64,000 nt of DNA, taken from contig OZ260666.1 of NCBI GenBank assembly GCA_965285935.1, positions 51,460,001 to 51,524,000 of the forward strand, read 5' to 3'. Source of the stretch: Ophelia neglecta (Eukaryota). Shown here piece by piece: positions 1-12,658 of the stretch (position 1 is its first letter; each line of letters begins with the position of its first letter). The notes beneath the pieces are model-generated. The model was not told the origin of the DNA, searched no databases, and saw only the letters and a list, made by a program, of their open reading frames with translations. The position numbers were made by a program, and so were the translations under genes.

Positions 1-443
1 AGATTCATACTGTCAATAGACATGAATTAATTAATTTACAAATAGATAATCTCTTTTGTCACACAAAATTCACCCATATCTGTTGACATAGTGTAAACAT
101 CAATGGACTCATTCGGGCTGATTTTTTATATGCCACTCTGTTCAGGATGTACATGTATATTCTCAATAACCCTCATAACTATTTATTATCTAACAATAGG
201 ATATTCCCCTGTGACAAACAAGATTTTCCTACGAAGTAATTGTTAACCAGAAACAAACCTTTTGTAATAAACCTTCCATATAATTTTTGAGTCTTCTGTA
301 ATTGTTGACTTGAGTTCCACTTCCTGAGAACCACAAAACATGTGAATGCCATTTAAGGATCCTATTACTGGAAATGATAGCTGCAAAATAAAACAATTTT
401 CAAAGTTATCTTGTGGTCTTGTTCATAACTGAAAATGATTTAC

Positions 444-534
444 TACAGTAAAACCTGCCTTTACAGACTGCCTCTATATTTAGACCAATAATTTTAAGGC
501 AACTGGATGGTCTCAATCCTCAGGTTTCACAGAA
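444..534. mobile_element. Internally deleted TA-flanked MITE, same family as 6330-6508
   Basis: Starts TA-CAGTAAAACCTGCC and ends GGTCTCAATCCTCAGGTTTCACAG (decayed inverted terminus). Both ends match the 6330-6508 copy. Confidence 0.6.
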
Positions 535-1072
535 TATCCCAAGGCAATCACAATCTAGTCATGCCACCGAAATGAAATTAAAAACACTTATTTTCAAAGC
601 ATTTTACCTGTAGTTAACTAGTTATGTATACAAATATACAGCAGGTATTGTATATACACTGGAGTTAACCTACCAAAGTCACATAATAAGCTAAACAGAA
701 ACACTCTGAAGTATGATGTGAGCTGTTCAAGAGTCACTACCAACCCTGAGGTATCAAATTATTTTATCCTTAAAAAAATATGGAAATCTAGAAGAAAATC
801 AGTTTGAATATCAGTAATGAAAGGCATGCATTGAACTGCACTGTTAAAGTTTCATTAAATAGGCAAGTGTAAGGCCTTGTGTAGTACTTGTAAAGGTGGT
901 TGTCATTCATGTCATGTACTACAAATGACCAAAATGATAAACATCAAGAAAGTAAGAATAGCCAGGTTAAAATCTTGGGCTATATGATACTTTTAATTCC
1001 TCTTTCAACAATGTTATGCATTCAGCCCAAATTCTTAATTTGAAATTGACCCAGATGATAAATTTTCACCTA

Positions 1073-2257
1073 CTAAGATATTTGTGAAATTGAAACAATG
1101 CTAAGTTTTAATCTGGACTGTGTGAGAAAGTGGCACATTGTAAACAAGTTGTCTTTACATTTAGGAAAGACAGAAAGTATTTTATTCTGTTCTAAGCGTA
1201 AATCATCTAAGATTAGGTCATTGAGTGTTACTTGTGATGGCATCTCACTGGAATTTGGCAAGTGTAAAGTACTTTGGTGGTAATCTTGACCAAACATTGT
1301 GTGGTGAACTGATGGGAAAGCAGGCAATAAGGAAAATTAATTCCACAGTAAAGTTTCTATGCAGAAATTCAAACTTTATTCCTTCCAGTGTGGGCAAGTT
1401 GTTATGTACTTCTCTGGTCCAGTCACGATTCGACTATGGTTGTAAATTTTGGTATTCTGGTCTTTCTTCTTATACAAAGGAGAGACTTCAATGTGCCCAG
1501 AACAAGGTTATACGTTTTATTTTGAATCTGGACAGCCAGTCACACATTGGTATTGAGCAATTTAAAGTGTTATCTCTGTTACCAGTGGCTCCCAGAGTCC
1601 AATACCTGACTAATGTCCTGATGTATAAATGTTTAAATGGAAGGGCACCTAAGTATATATGTAATTTCGCCAGAGTAAATGAATTACATGGTTATCACAC
1701 CAGATCTAGTAATTTCAATGTGGTGCTACCAGTGATTAAGGGTAATGTTGGCAGAAATACTTTTAGGTATCAAGGTGCTTTAACTTGGAATGCTCTTCCC
1801 GGGTATGTCAAGTCCATCAGTAGTATCGAGACATTTAAGTCAAATTGTAAATCCTTTCTGCTAAATAGTTTTCACTGACTTGGTATCTGCCTGTAGGGAA
1901 TGTGACATGTTGTTTATTCGTTTCAAACATGTTTGGTAGCTTCATCCTGCAAATCGAGTGCTTCTTTTGCTGTGATAGTGGTATGTGATTTTTTGTGGAC
2001 AACCATGGAAATTAGTTTGTATTAAACTTTCTGGTGCTATCCCTTTCACTGGGTTACATATCTGTGTCATATCTGTGGTTTGTGCTCATCGGTGCAGTCT
2101 AAAATTGATGGTGCTATTTGTGATCTCATTATAGTCGGGCATGCTGGTCATTGTATAGGTTTTATTGCCTTATTTTTATTTTGAGGATGTATGTTCGATC
2201 TGTGATATATTGTATACTATGTTTTTACAGTGAATAAACTCAACTAAACTCAACTAA
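1073..2257 (+). mobile_element. 5'-truncated LINE (CR1/L2 group, Crack/Daphne-like): C-terminal RT region, 3' UTR and microsatellite tail
   Basis: One frame gives NKLSLHLGKTESILFCSKRK. After a frameshift near 1260-1280 the second gives SVKYFGGNLDQTL...LVQSRFDYGC...AQNKVIRFIL...HGYHTRS...GRNTFRYQGALTWNALP...FKSNCK (stop 1878). The element ends in AATAAA plus (CTCAACTAAA)x2 at about 2233-2257. Confidence 0.85.
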
Positions 2258-2365
2258 AGAAACATTAGCATTTACCATTTGTATATGTAATCATTACAGC
2301 CTATCACAACTATTTCATTTTTCACTTGGCCAGGAAAAAGTGGGGACTTATGCCATGCCAGGAGA

Positions 2366-2785
2366 ACATCAGAGAGAGGGAATTGTGATGAAGAGAAATT
2401 GTGGGACATAAACATGGGTGTTCCATCCCAGAGAGAAGGCAGGCAGAGGGGGGGGGGGGGGGCACTCCAGTACTTTCATGTAAGGTAATCATGGTATGTG
2501 ACACCCTCCTAGAAGTAAGATATATCTTCTTTGCCAATTTGGCAATGATAGTTGCCAATAGTCGCACACCCTCAGTACGACATCAGAGGAAAGGAATTGT
2601 GATGAAGAGAAATTGTGGGACATATATGTGGGTGTTCCAGCCCAGAGAGAAGGCAGGAAGGGGGGGGGGGGGGCACTCCAGTACTTTCATGTAAGGGTAT
2701 CATGGTATGTGACACCCTCCAAGAAGTAAGAAATATCTTCTTCGCCAATTTGGCAATGATAGTTGCAAATACTTGCACACCCTTA
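2366..2785 (+). repeat. Tandem duplication of a ~213-bp unit, each copy containing a poly-G run followed by CACTCCAGTACT
   Basis: ACATCAGAG..GGAATTGTGATGAAGAGAAATTGTGGGACATA at 2366 and 2580; both copies end in GCACACCCT. Confidence 0.9.
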
Positions 2786-4084
2786 ACAAATATTGCAGGG
2801 ATGGGAAAAATGAAGAACAAAAAAAGAACTATTTTTCAAACCAAGTAATACTGCAATCCTGTGGTTTACCTTTTACTGTTTAAACAGATTAAAAGTCTGC
2901 GGTTTAGACTAAGCTAAAACACTCTGTACATCTGTACATTCTACTGATTCAGGCATTAATAAGCTGAAGCTAATGCCTTTTTGTGTGCTGAAATATTGTT
3001 TATAAATATGGATGTTTGTTGTGTCGGCTAAATAATATATTATTGGAGCAATTTAAAATTCTTGGGAATTATATTTGTGAAATTTTGAAAATTGGCAGGA
3101 ATTTAATTACATGGTCCATTACATACGTCAATGGGGAATAGAATACTTGTGTGTTACCGAACCGTAAGATACGGAGAATCAAAATATAAGTCCGTTAACT
3201 TTGAACACACACAATTTAATGACTATTGGGTACAAGCTTGGGCGGAACTGGTTTACTGGGCGTGCAGGATGTGGCCGGTCATCATATAATACGGCGACAC
3301 CCGTTACTACATTAATATACTCTAATGGCGCAGTTTGCAAAAATGTACCATTATCCAACCCCTTGCAGTTACAGATGCCCAGCCCCTTGCAGGGAGGGGG
3401 ATATGACACAAACTTACATAATTAAATCTACTCATTTCATATTGCTGGAGTTATGATGCACCATGGTTCAAAATTCAAATTGCACTTAAATATCTAAAGC
3501 CCATTCACAGTTATTTCTAAAGTCAAATTTTGCATCAATCTTCTTTAGAAGATAATAGCATAGTCACAAAGATATGTGAAATCTAGTCTTATATGTATCA
3601 ATGTGTGACACTTTTTTGACATCTACTCACCCTGTCACCCCTTGCTAGGTAAGGACAGGTAGAGAGACATTGTCATGACATGTATGTGTAAATGGCAGGA
3701 GCACATCTGTCTCAGTCTAATACTTGATAACACTTCTTGTTTCATTGCCTGTCCTTTTAGTCCACCAGTTACCTGTTAGCTATAATATCCGTCTGTATTC
3801 CCACGAGCAGTCTACAGCTGGACATGATAGAATTTTAATCGAAGTATGACTAAGAAGAAATACAAGGTTGTTTTGATACAATTCCACCTGATATTTGGGC
3901 TCCATCTAGAAGACGGCAAATAGAAAATCAAATATTACCAGATATGCACAAGGAAAACATTTGATAGCTTAAAACGGTGATTTCCATGAAACTCTATGAT
4001 TGGACTGACAGGAACTTACAGGTTTTATGTCGCCTTTTATCCGACAAAATAGGGGAATCCCTCCCCCTGAGCTGAGACATAACA

Positions 4085-4250
4085 AATAGGCTGCCATATT
4101 TTAACCTCGTTTTGAAAAGCGCACCTGCTCAGGCGCGTGGCTTCATGGGATTGCGATGGCGCTGAAAGTCAACAAGGCGGTTTGACAGTTCCTCGAAAAA
4201 CATGTGAATTTCGGCCAAGTCGGACTGTTTTCTTATGAAAAAACTATAAG
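4085..4250 (+). promoter_or_regulatory. Candidate distal promoter and non-coding first exon of the C2H2 gene
   Basis: Local CpG enrichment (GCGCACCTGCTCAGGCGCGTGG), a YY1-like GCCATATTT, and a strong donor AAG|GTATGT at 4250/4251. All ATGs in the exon terminate within it. Assignment to the zinc-finger gene is inferred. Confidence 0.5.
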
Positions 4251-6329
4251 GTATGTATAGCCACAATGCAGTGGCTTTGTAGCCCAGCAGTTTCTTGGTC
4301 GATCGCTTTTGTAGTTTTAATTGACATCAGGTTTTTATTAGGCTTCATTGTTTACAAATGATTGGCGAAGCCATGCATATATAAAATTTATACAGACATA
4401 TGATATGTTCCCTTAAATTTGACAATCTGTGGGACGAGGTACTGATTTTTAACACGATTTAGAAGAATATAGTGCTCCTTTAGAACAATACTAACTGATG
4501 TATTTGAAAGACTTTACATGTAGCTAGCATGTGGTACATTTCTTTTTGATAACAGCAGTGAGTGAGATTGAGAGAGTGTGATTGAATAATGGCATATGTA
4601 TGGTGCAAATGCTCAAGATGGCAGCACAGACAAAAGAATTGATCCGATTTCTCTAACTCTTATGCCGAACAGCGTTTCCTGGCAGAGCAGTAGGGCCTGC
4701 GTCATGAGTGACATCATTTACATGAAAACTAAACACATTTTTTGCCACCAATGCATGGTGCTGGTGTGAAAATACTCGTTCCAGTCTCCAAACATTAAAG
4801 GCCATTTATTTCTGGGAGCACCTCTCCATGTAGCTTGTATGCAACAAAGACAGCATTGCAAATCTGTACATCTCGCTATGGGACCTTCGATGATTGAAAA
4901 GGCATTGTAACTGGTGTGAACGCCTATTCACATTCAATCATTAAATGCAATGACAATTTTGGTCAGCAGCCTGGCCACTGTTGTTTTGTTGCAGATGTGA
5001 TTTGTGATTTAATTGGTCTCATTTGAGGAGTTGCTGTCCGAGCTAATCTAGTCATGCATCTGAAGTATAGCACACTTAAGTACACAGTGGGCAATTCTTT
5101 GCATTTTGAGTCATTAATTAATCTCAGTTTGTCAAGGATTTGAGCTTGACAGTTCCATTGTTAAGTGGGTGCATTTTATTCAGTATATCATCAGTGCCAG
5201 GCTGATATTTGCAGACGGGATAATGGAGAGGTTGTAGCTACTAACATAGTATGACTCATCGTATTAAACCATGATAGCTTCTTAGTTGATGTGTGTATGC
5301 TGCTTCATGGCTTAGTTTATTGTATTGAAACGTGAACTGGGCAGATAATAAAAGCAGCCTGATAGTTGTTTTATCGTCCTTGTGGCAGAGGGATATGGTC
5401 GCGCGTCCCTGTGGTTTATTATATCACTCTGCTCACCCAAGCGTGTCTGTTTTCACTACTATTGATTTATCATAAATAATGCATACTCAGGTTGCTTAGA
5501 CAAAAGTAATGTGGCTATATCCAGTGTGCTAATCGCTATTGTGTGCTGCACCAAATTAATATTCAACCATCAAGGCAGAATTAATTTAGAAATAAAGACG
5601 ATGGTTGGAATGCAAGTTGATCAGGACCAGTTTGCTGAGATGCTGTATTGTTCTGACATGGTTTGTACATCTGCACCAGAGATTGGGTTTAATTTTCAGT
5701 GATTCAGAGTGCACCAATGACAGCTGCATTCTAGGAACTACAGTAATTATTATTGTGAAGTGAATGGCACGGATAAAGCTAGGATTGAATAATTCTGGTA
5801 GGGCTTATCTACTTCAGTGATTTTCAAAAGATTTTATTGTGGTAACATTTCTACGAGATGCCCATTTAATGCACATCAGTACTTTTTAGTAGATGTGATT
5901 TTACAGTTTAGTTAATATGTATTTACATGAATTTATCACAGAGGTGTTAAATGTTTAAGGAATTACAAAAACTTTCATGATTTTTCTGCCCCTTTAAATA
6001 TAACTTGTCACCTCTGTGTTGTACAGTTTCCTGGCTGCACAAGTTGAATTGCTTTCATTCAGTTTCCAATAAGATACATTGCTGGTAGTGTTTTCTTACA
6101 TAATCAATTAGTTACTTATCAATATTTTATTACATAACATATAAATGGTGAATACACTTTATGGTGATTGGTCGTGCTTTTGTTTAACAGATTTATCAGG
6201 AAATAGTATAGGCTCACTAGCCACTTAAGGCACTATGTAAACATAAGTTAATTAAGTTGATGCACCTGCCACTCAAGGCTCCAGGGGAATTTATATATTA
6301 TACCTCAGGCTATTGAAACAATAATATGA

Positions 6330-6508
6330 TACAGTGAAACCTGCCTTAAAGACCACCTCCGTATTCAGACCACTTGCCAATTCATACCACTAGTATAAAG
6401 ACCCTAGTGTGCACTTTCAATGTTAAATAACCTGTCTAATTAGACCTCTAAAATCAGACCAGTATTTTACAGTCCTTTGGGTGGTCTTAATTCACAGGTT
6501 ATACTGTA
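6330..6508. mobile_element. TA-flanked MITE with CAGT termini (Tc1/mariner-pogo-like)
   Basis: TA-CAGTGAAACCTG...CAGGTTATACTG-TA inverted termini, internal AGACCAC repeats, 179 bp. Confidence 0.8.
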
Positions 6509-7439
6509 AAAATATACACAATGAGACTACTAGCATAAAACTAAAGGCTGCAGAATTTTTGTTTGTAAATGCTTGGAACTTTCTCGATTGATCAATGATA
6601 GTCAAAACAGGGTCAGGTATAAATTTGAGTATCACAAGTATGCCCCTGTAGTTACATCATATATATATTCATATGTATATTCATATATAACAATATATAT
6701 TGGGAGCATATATATATATATATTACAGGGGGTCCTATTGTTAACCACTGTGCAAGCAACTTCATTTTGATTGCAGGCTATGTTGTATGGTTGCCACATT
6801 ATTAAACAATATTCACATATATTTTTTTCCCGCCTGGCAGGTTTGCACAGTTTGTAGCAGGTTACTTTATAATGATTCTGGGTTCCCAGAAATATTTGCT
6901 TGCTTGTGGCTGTTTTCCAATGATTTTATTAGCTAGACAAAGACCTTTCTAAGCAAACCATTTTTAGAACCTCCTAAATGATAATTGTGTGTCAAGTGAT
7001 GACCATGCCTCTACCCCATTGTGTGGCTTGTGGACGACACTTGTCATTGTTAATCTGTATCAATTCCCGCTAGATAGCAGGGGTTCGTTTATCACAGAAT
7101 CTTCCTCTTTGTTTACACTTGATATATTCTCACCTGCCCCTGTTATACTTATATGGGTAGCCCATCCAAACTTATCCCCCTGTTCTTTGTCCCCTTGACA
7201 GCTCTTCTTTTTGTTGCACCTGGCCAGGTCATATTTTAATGTTTAATTTTAGGCAGACATAGCATCTAGGCGGTGAATAATGGTCTTGTGTGCATTTTCA
7301 TTTGTACAGCATCTTTTGTGAGTGTATAATAGGCTTTCTGTATGCGTGTGCCCAGCCATTGTATGCTGAGGGAACGGGCCATCTGTCAGGGGACATATGC
7401 TGTATTTACATTGGGGTATACCCTTTGTTCCCTCAGAAC

Positions 7440-7605
7440 GACGCTCTCTGATTTGTGGCACTCGACCAATCAGCGAGCAGGAATCGCCCTTTGTTAACAC
7501 GCTGTATGTTAGTTACCCTTCGTATATTGTAAGCTAAGTAAGCCATTCGTAAAATAGCGCCAATGTGTAACGTCCAATTTTGGATTACGGATAACTAGTC
7601 TCACA
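7440..7605 (+). promoter_or_regulatory. Candidate proximal promoter/5' UTR of the C2H2 gene
   Basis: CCAATCAG at 7466, further CCAAT motifs near 7561 and 7574, CpG-rich patch, directly upstream of a phase-compatible ATG exon. Confidence 0.45.
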
Positions 7606-7622
7606 ATGCCTGCTTCAAAAAG
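7606..7622 (+). CDS. Putative first coding segment of the C2H2 gene (MPASKR)
   Basis: ATG CCT GCT TCA AAA AG|GTTTGT ends in phase 2, matching the phase-2 acceptor at 11538 and giving MPASKRKRGNKKQPRK. The donor is weak and there is no transcript evidence. Confidence 0.5.
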
Positions 7623-10600
7623 GTTTGTTAACTATTTATTTATATAAGATAGTAGGAGGGGTTAATGGCGAGGTGGTACATCTAGTCTGTAAGGCTTTTT
7701 ATTTTAAAGATTATTACAACTAATTACATAGTTTTCTTAGTTGTTGTATTATTGAAGTTTTGACACATGTGTTTCATTCAAGTGAGTAGAGTACCCATGG
7801 TTAAGCTGAATATGTAATAACATGCAGCCCTGTCATTTCAACCTTATCCCTGTTGATATACTAAAATCTTACGTGCTGTGACATTATGGGCTCATAAAAA
7901 GACGATAACATGTGATAATCTATCAGTTGCATGTTGTGCTCTCATTGTGGCCCTTTATTAAAAAGGAACTGATCAAATATTAATTGCACATATGGCGCTG
8001 TATATGCAGAAGGTTATTGTTATTCCCTGCTGAATATGCTTCAAAAAACATTTTACATATTTGACATCCTATTGCCAACATTGAGCCTGTTAGCGTGTGG
8101 CTTGATATGTAACTTTGTTCTTTAATTTGTCACTATCTTGACAAGAAATCAATTATTTACTGGAGATTTGGGACAAAGCCCCATGCATGTTCATAAAATT
8201 GTCCAAAGGTAGCTGCTTCACAAAAGGACCATCTGACAAGGCACTAAGTCTGAAATTAAGACTGCGGTCCTCTCTGATGGCAAGTGAAGGACTTACAAAG
8301 GATGAGAGAGTGAAATAAGGGGTTGCAACTGGGTATTATTAGTAAGACATGCGCAATGTTGTGCAAAGCATTAACAAAACCATTCTCTCTTTGTTTGGGT
8401 ATCCTGTCAAATGTGTGGCATTTCTACATGTCTGAAGATAAAAATTATCAATTCTGTTTCTGGAAGTTGAACCGAAGAATCATTAATAACGTATCAGTGC
8501 ATTGAAGTATTCTTTAAATATGCCTATAATTTTTTCCATGTTTGTCAGAAAGCTAGTAGCACTAGAAGATGTATTGTAGATTTAAGTAAAATCACCTTCC
8601 TTCCATTTCTGGGTACATGCCAGGAAAACTTCAGACAATGTGCTAGATAAAATGACTTTAAAATTCATGATTGGATGCACAGCAATTATAAATCCAGCTC
8701 ATGCATCTTTTATGTACTTGCACGTGTCAGGCAGAGCCCATTTTTTGGTGGAATTCAATCATAGGATTAGCATCATTGTTGTAATGAACACAGTAAAAAA
8801 CCTTTCTCATGATAATGTTAAGAAACCATTTTAGATATGATTTCATGATGTGTATTAAAAAAGTACATGGCAGCTGAGGAGAGGTTATCAATTTCTGTAG
8901 AAGTAGACAAAAAAGAGGAGCTTGGAAATTAGGAAAGCTGCATCATTAAAGATATTTATTACACTGTTAAATTTTACTTTAAAACTGATAGACTTTATAT
9001 TATGCAGGTCATATAGTTGGCCCTACATTTGGTTGTACTACATGAAAACTTGAGATTTAATCAACTCCACTCACAACCATCCTAAAAGTCTGCCTATAGC
9101 CTAATATGAATGTACTCTTTCAGGCACATGCTTCAATTCATAGTGCCAAGCCAAGCTGCAGCAGCCTTGGTTACCTATGTAAGCCACGTTTCCTTTGTTA
9201 TATTGTGCTACTATTTTAAGCACCATTCAGAGATGGGATAAGTACATGAGTCAGAATGCATCTCCAATCTTTCCCATCGCTTAGTAACAGCATTATATAT
9301 TAATATGAGGAGAGCTGTCAAGCTTATAATGCAACTGATATCGATTAATTTGGCTTGCCTCTGATTTAGCTATAAATTGAATGTATGCTTTCAAACAATT
9401 TGGACCGTTGCACTGTGGGTTGATGCATTTGGGTGCATACACATGTACGGTAAGTTGGCAAAATCAATAGTTTCTATTGATCACCTAAGTAAAGACTACA
9501 TAATTTGCAGATTATTCTGCCAGGAATCCATTAAGGCAATCAGAATTAGAAGTGAGCCAGGATATGTCAAGTTGCTTTCACAAAAACCCATGAAACATAC
9601 GTGCCGTGCACCCAGTTGTGTCTGAGCCATGAAAACTCAGCGAGTCGGAGTCTAGGATATTGATTCTTTTGGCCGATCTCGACTCACGTATGTGACTGTG
9701 GCAGCATGAGGGGCACAAGATTAACAAGAAATACATTGGTAAATATATGAAAATTAGGTTTGCCTCCAAGGTTTTCTCATTTCAGTGGAGGGCTTTGTTT
9801 ACTTAGGAATATCATAACATCTCGCTGCATTAGGCTCGACATCATCGCTTGATATTGCGGCTTTTCATTATTGTGTCTATAAGTATACGGTATGGGACTA
9901 TAAAATTACCGCTTAGCTGCATGAGGCTGGGGGCTTGTCAATATAGCGTTATAATTGCTTTGTATCTGAGAAGAGGACTGTACGTCCTTCTAGCTACGCT
10001 AGCCATCACCATTATGCACGTAGGAGATGTAATTTATGCATTGTGGCATGGGGTTAGTGCCATTTGAAAGGCAGGAAAAGATTTTATTGTTTGGCTGGCA
10101 GGGTATGCAAATGGATGATTGTGTGACAGAGCTACTGGCACTAACTGACAGGAACTTAAGACCTGCATGTGTCCTTTCTGGTGATGACAGAATATATCCC
10201 TTTATGGGACTTATCTAATGAATGGAATTCAGAAATTATAAAATTAGAACTAGTTAATCATGACTGAGATTTCTAGGAATAATTAGCTAATTGGTTCATG
10301 CTTGTTAGAAAACTAAATCTTTTATTTGAGTGAAGAGATTCTAACAACATCTGGATCAGTGACTTTATGTACTAATGGTGGGAACTTTGGATATATGCCT
10401 TCCTACCTATCTCAAGGTCTACAGACTCTTGGCATAAAAAACGGATTCCGTGAAATAATAAGGGGCCTAGAAGCCAGATGTATGTATGTTGCTGCAATCA
10501 GATGCAGCGGAAATCCTGTCTGAATTCATTCAACACATTTAGGTAATTCTGTGTATAGCTGTCAGTGCAGCGCTTGTGGACTTTATAACATTGTGCCATA

Positions 10601-11537
10601 CACTCTGCATGTTTCCTATCAAAATCTGGTGTGTTTCATCCCCTGATTATTTATACACTTGGCCAGAGGCAGGCTGACTGTTGTTACATACTTTGCATAG
10701 ATATAACACATATTGCAGGCTATATAAAAAGCCAGTGTGGCTATAGTGGCATGCTGTTGAAGCACACTATATCAAGTCTAGATCAGAAGTGTTGAGAATG
10801 TGCTGAGTGATTATTGTAATATATATATTAGTGTAGATGGCATCACCCCACATCACTTTATCACAGAATGCCATTCTCATCTCACCCATAGTTCACAGGC
10901 AATTGTGGCCGTTACTGTGGTGATGGGTATATAAGCATGGCCAAAATGATTTGAGTTACCTCACATCATTCCAGGAGAACATTCTCTCCTATTTGTCACA
11001 GACAGGTTCACAGATGTACAAGGTATGGCTGGGCGGCTGCTAGCAGACATTGTGGCATATTTATACAGAGATAAAGCATTGGAATGGTGCAGTCGAGCAT
11101 CTCATATCTTGCATATAATTCTGTATTTATGCGTTTGTGTGTGTAGTATGTCTGGCTTATGGATTGGCTATTATTAGACATATTATTCTATCTGAGGGTA
11201 GACTGTTTGTTTTTTTATAACACAAAAAGTATGCAGATTTCAAGTTTTACACATGGGTTTTCCACACTTTAATATTATGTTTATTTATGAAATGCATGAG
11301 TAATTTCCATTGTGTTGCCAGTTTACAACATTATGGTATTATGTTAATGATTTATGCAGATAAGGTGAGTATGTCTGAAGCTTTGTTCATAAAGCCATGT
11401 AGGCAAGCATTACTCATCACAAAGGTATTGAGTCATGTATTGCCTTCTGTTGTGCTGGCTTCCTCCACTTGTGCATGTCAAACTGTCATTGTTGTGAAAG
11501 GCCCCTCCATAACCAATATGTTTTCTTTATGTTCTAG

Positions 11538-12487
11538 GAAAAGAGGAAACAAGAAACAACCAAGAAAGATAGTGACATCTTCCAGTTTTGAATCTACAAT
11601 GACGACTGCCATGGCACTGCCCCTGAGCCTGAAGCGACCAGCCGAGGACTTCCCTGACTCTCCACCCAGCCCTAACACAGAGACAGTCACGCAGAACAGC
11701 CCTGTCAAACTTTACAATGTTCCTGTTAGTACAGAATCTCTTATCTCCTCTGGCAATGGAAGGGCCAAAAGGAGGAAGGGTGATCCCTTATACCTGAACA
11801 ACCTAGGAGTGTTCACAGACGTCGATTCAGAAAGTGGAGAGAGTCGTGAGGATGCTGAAAACTATCCAGACTTAGAATTTACAAATGACTATCCCAAAGA
11901 AAATAAGCCTGTTATGTCAAAGGAAGACAGCTTAGCCAAAGAGGACTTTCTGAACGGTACCCACCCATCAATGAACGGCCACCGTAGCTTCCCTTGTGTG
12001 TGGCTTGATAACACCATACCAGGTCGTAACTCAGAGGGAGGTGACAGGTCTCCAAACCCTTATCCACAAGCTCTGCCAATGGAGGGAGCCACTGTACCCT
12101 CGGAGCAAGTCAAACCTATCTGCACACCTAGGGGACCTTCCCCCAAACAACCCACAGCCGCTGCCGCCCCCACCCCAGTCAGCCGGTCGGGCTCTGCCAA
12201 CCACAAGCCAAACGGCATTTCAACACCCACAGGGATGCACAACCGTATCAACCAGCTGATTGGAGTAGAGAATGGCCTAAGCGATGACGCCGAATCTCCC
12301 ACCGACTCTGATGGAAACTCTGTGGAAGTTTGTCATGAGTGCCACAAGGTCTTCAAACGTAAAGTATATCTCCAGCGTCACATGGAGAGGGAGCACTGGT
12401 CCACTGCCAAAGTGTTTAAGTGTGAGGACTGCTCTTATGAAACCAAACACCAGAGCAATCTCTCTGTCCACCGCCGAACACACACAG
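11538..12487 (+). CDS. C2H2 zinc-finger transcription factor, main exon (fingers 1-2)
   Basis: Acceptor TTCTTTATGTTCTAG|G and donor CACACAG|GTAAGG. Encodes CHECHKVFKRKVYLQRHMEREH and CEDCSYETKHQSNLSVHRRTH-TG. In-exon ATGs at 11599 and 11611 (gccATGg). Protein is 715 aa with the 7606 exon, or 689 aa from 11599. Confidence 0.9.
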
Positions 12488-12658
12488 GTAAGGCAACAAA
12501 TACACTATATCTGCTCTAGCAAATCAGTAAGAATGTTAAATATTTAGGCAATGAAAGCTGTACAAAATATACAATATTCAAATATTTAAATGCATCTCTG
12601 GAGAAAGTTCTGCTTTCAATGTGACATTTTGATCAATTTATTTGACTCTTGATTGTAG

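Noticed and set aside
2322-2848. Paired ORFs with GGGGGTPVLSCK
   Set aside because: Products of a tandem duplication with poly-G runs; no protein family features.
11287-11537. N-terminal ~84 aa of the 410-aa ORF (MKCMSNF...)
   Set aside because: AT-rich intronic sequence upstream of a clear polypyrimidine/AG acceptor at 11537; probably open by chance.
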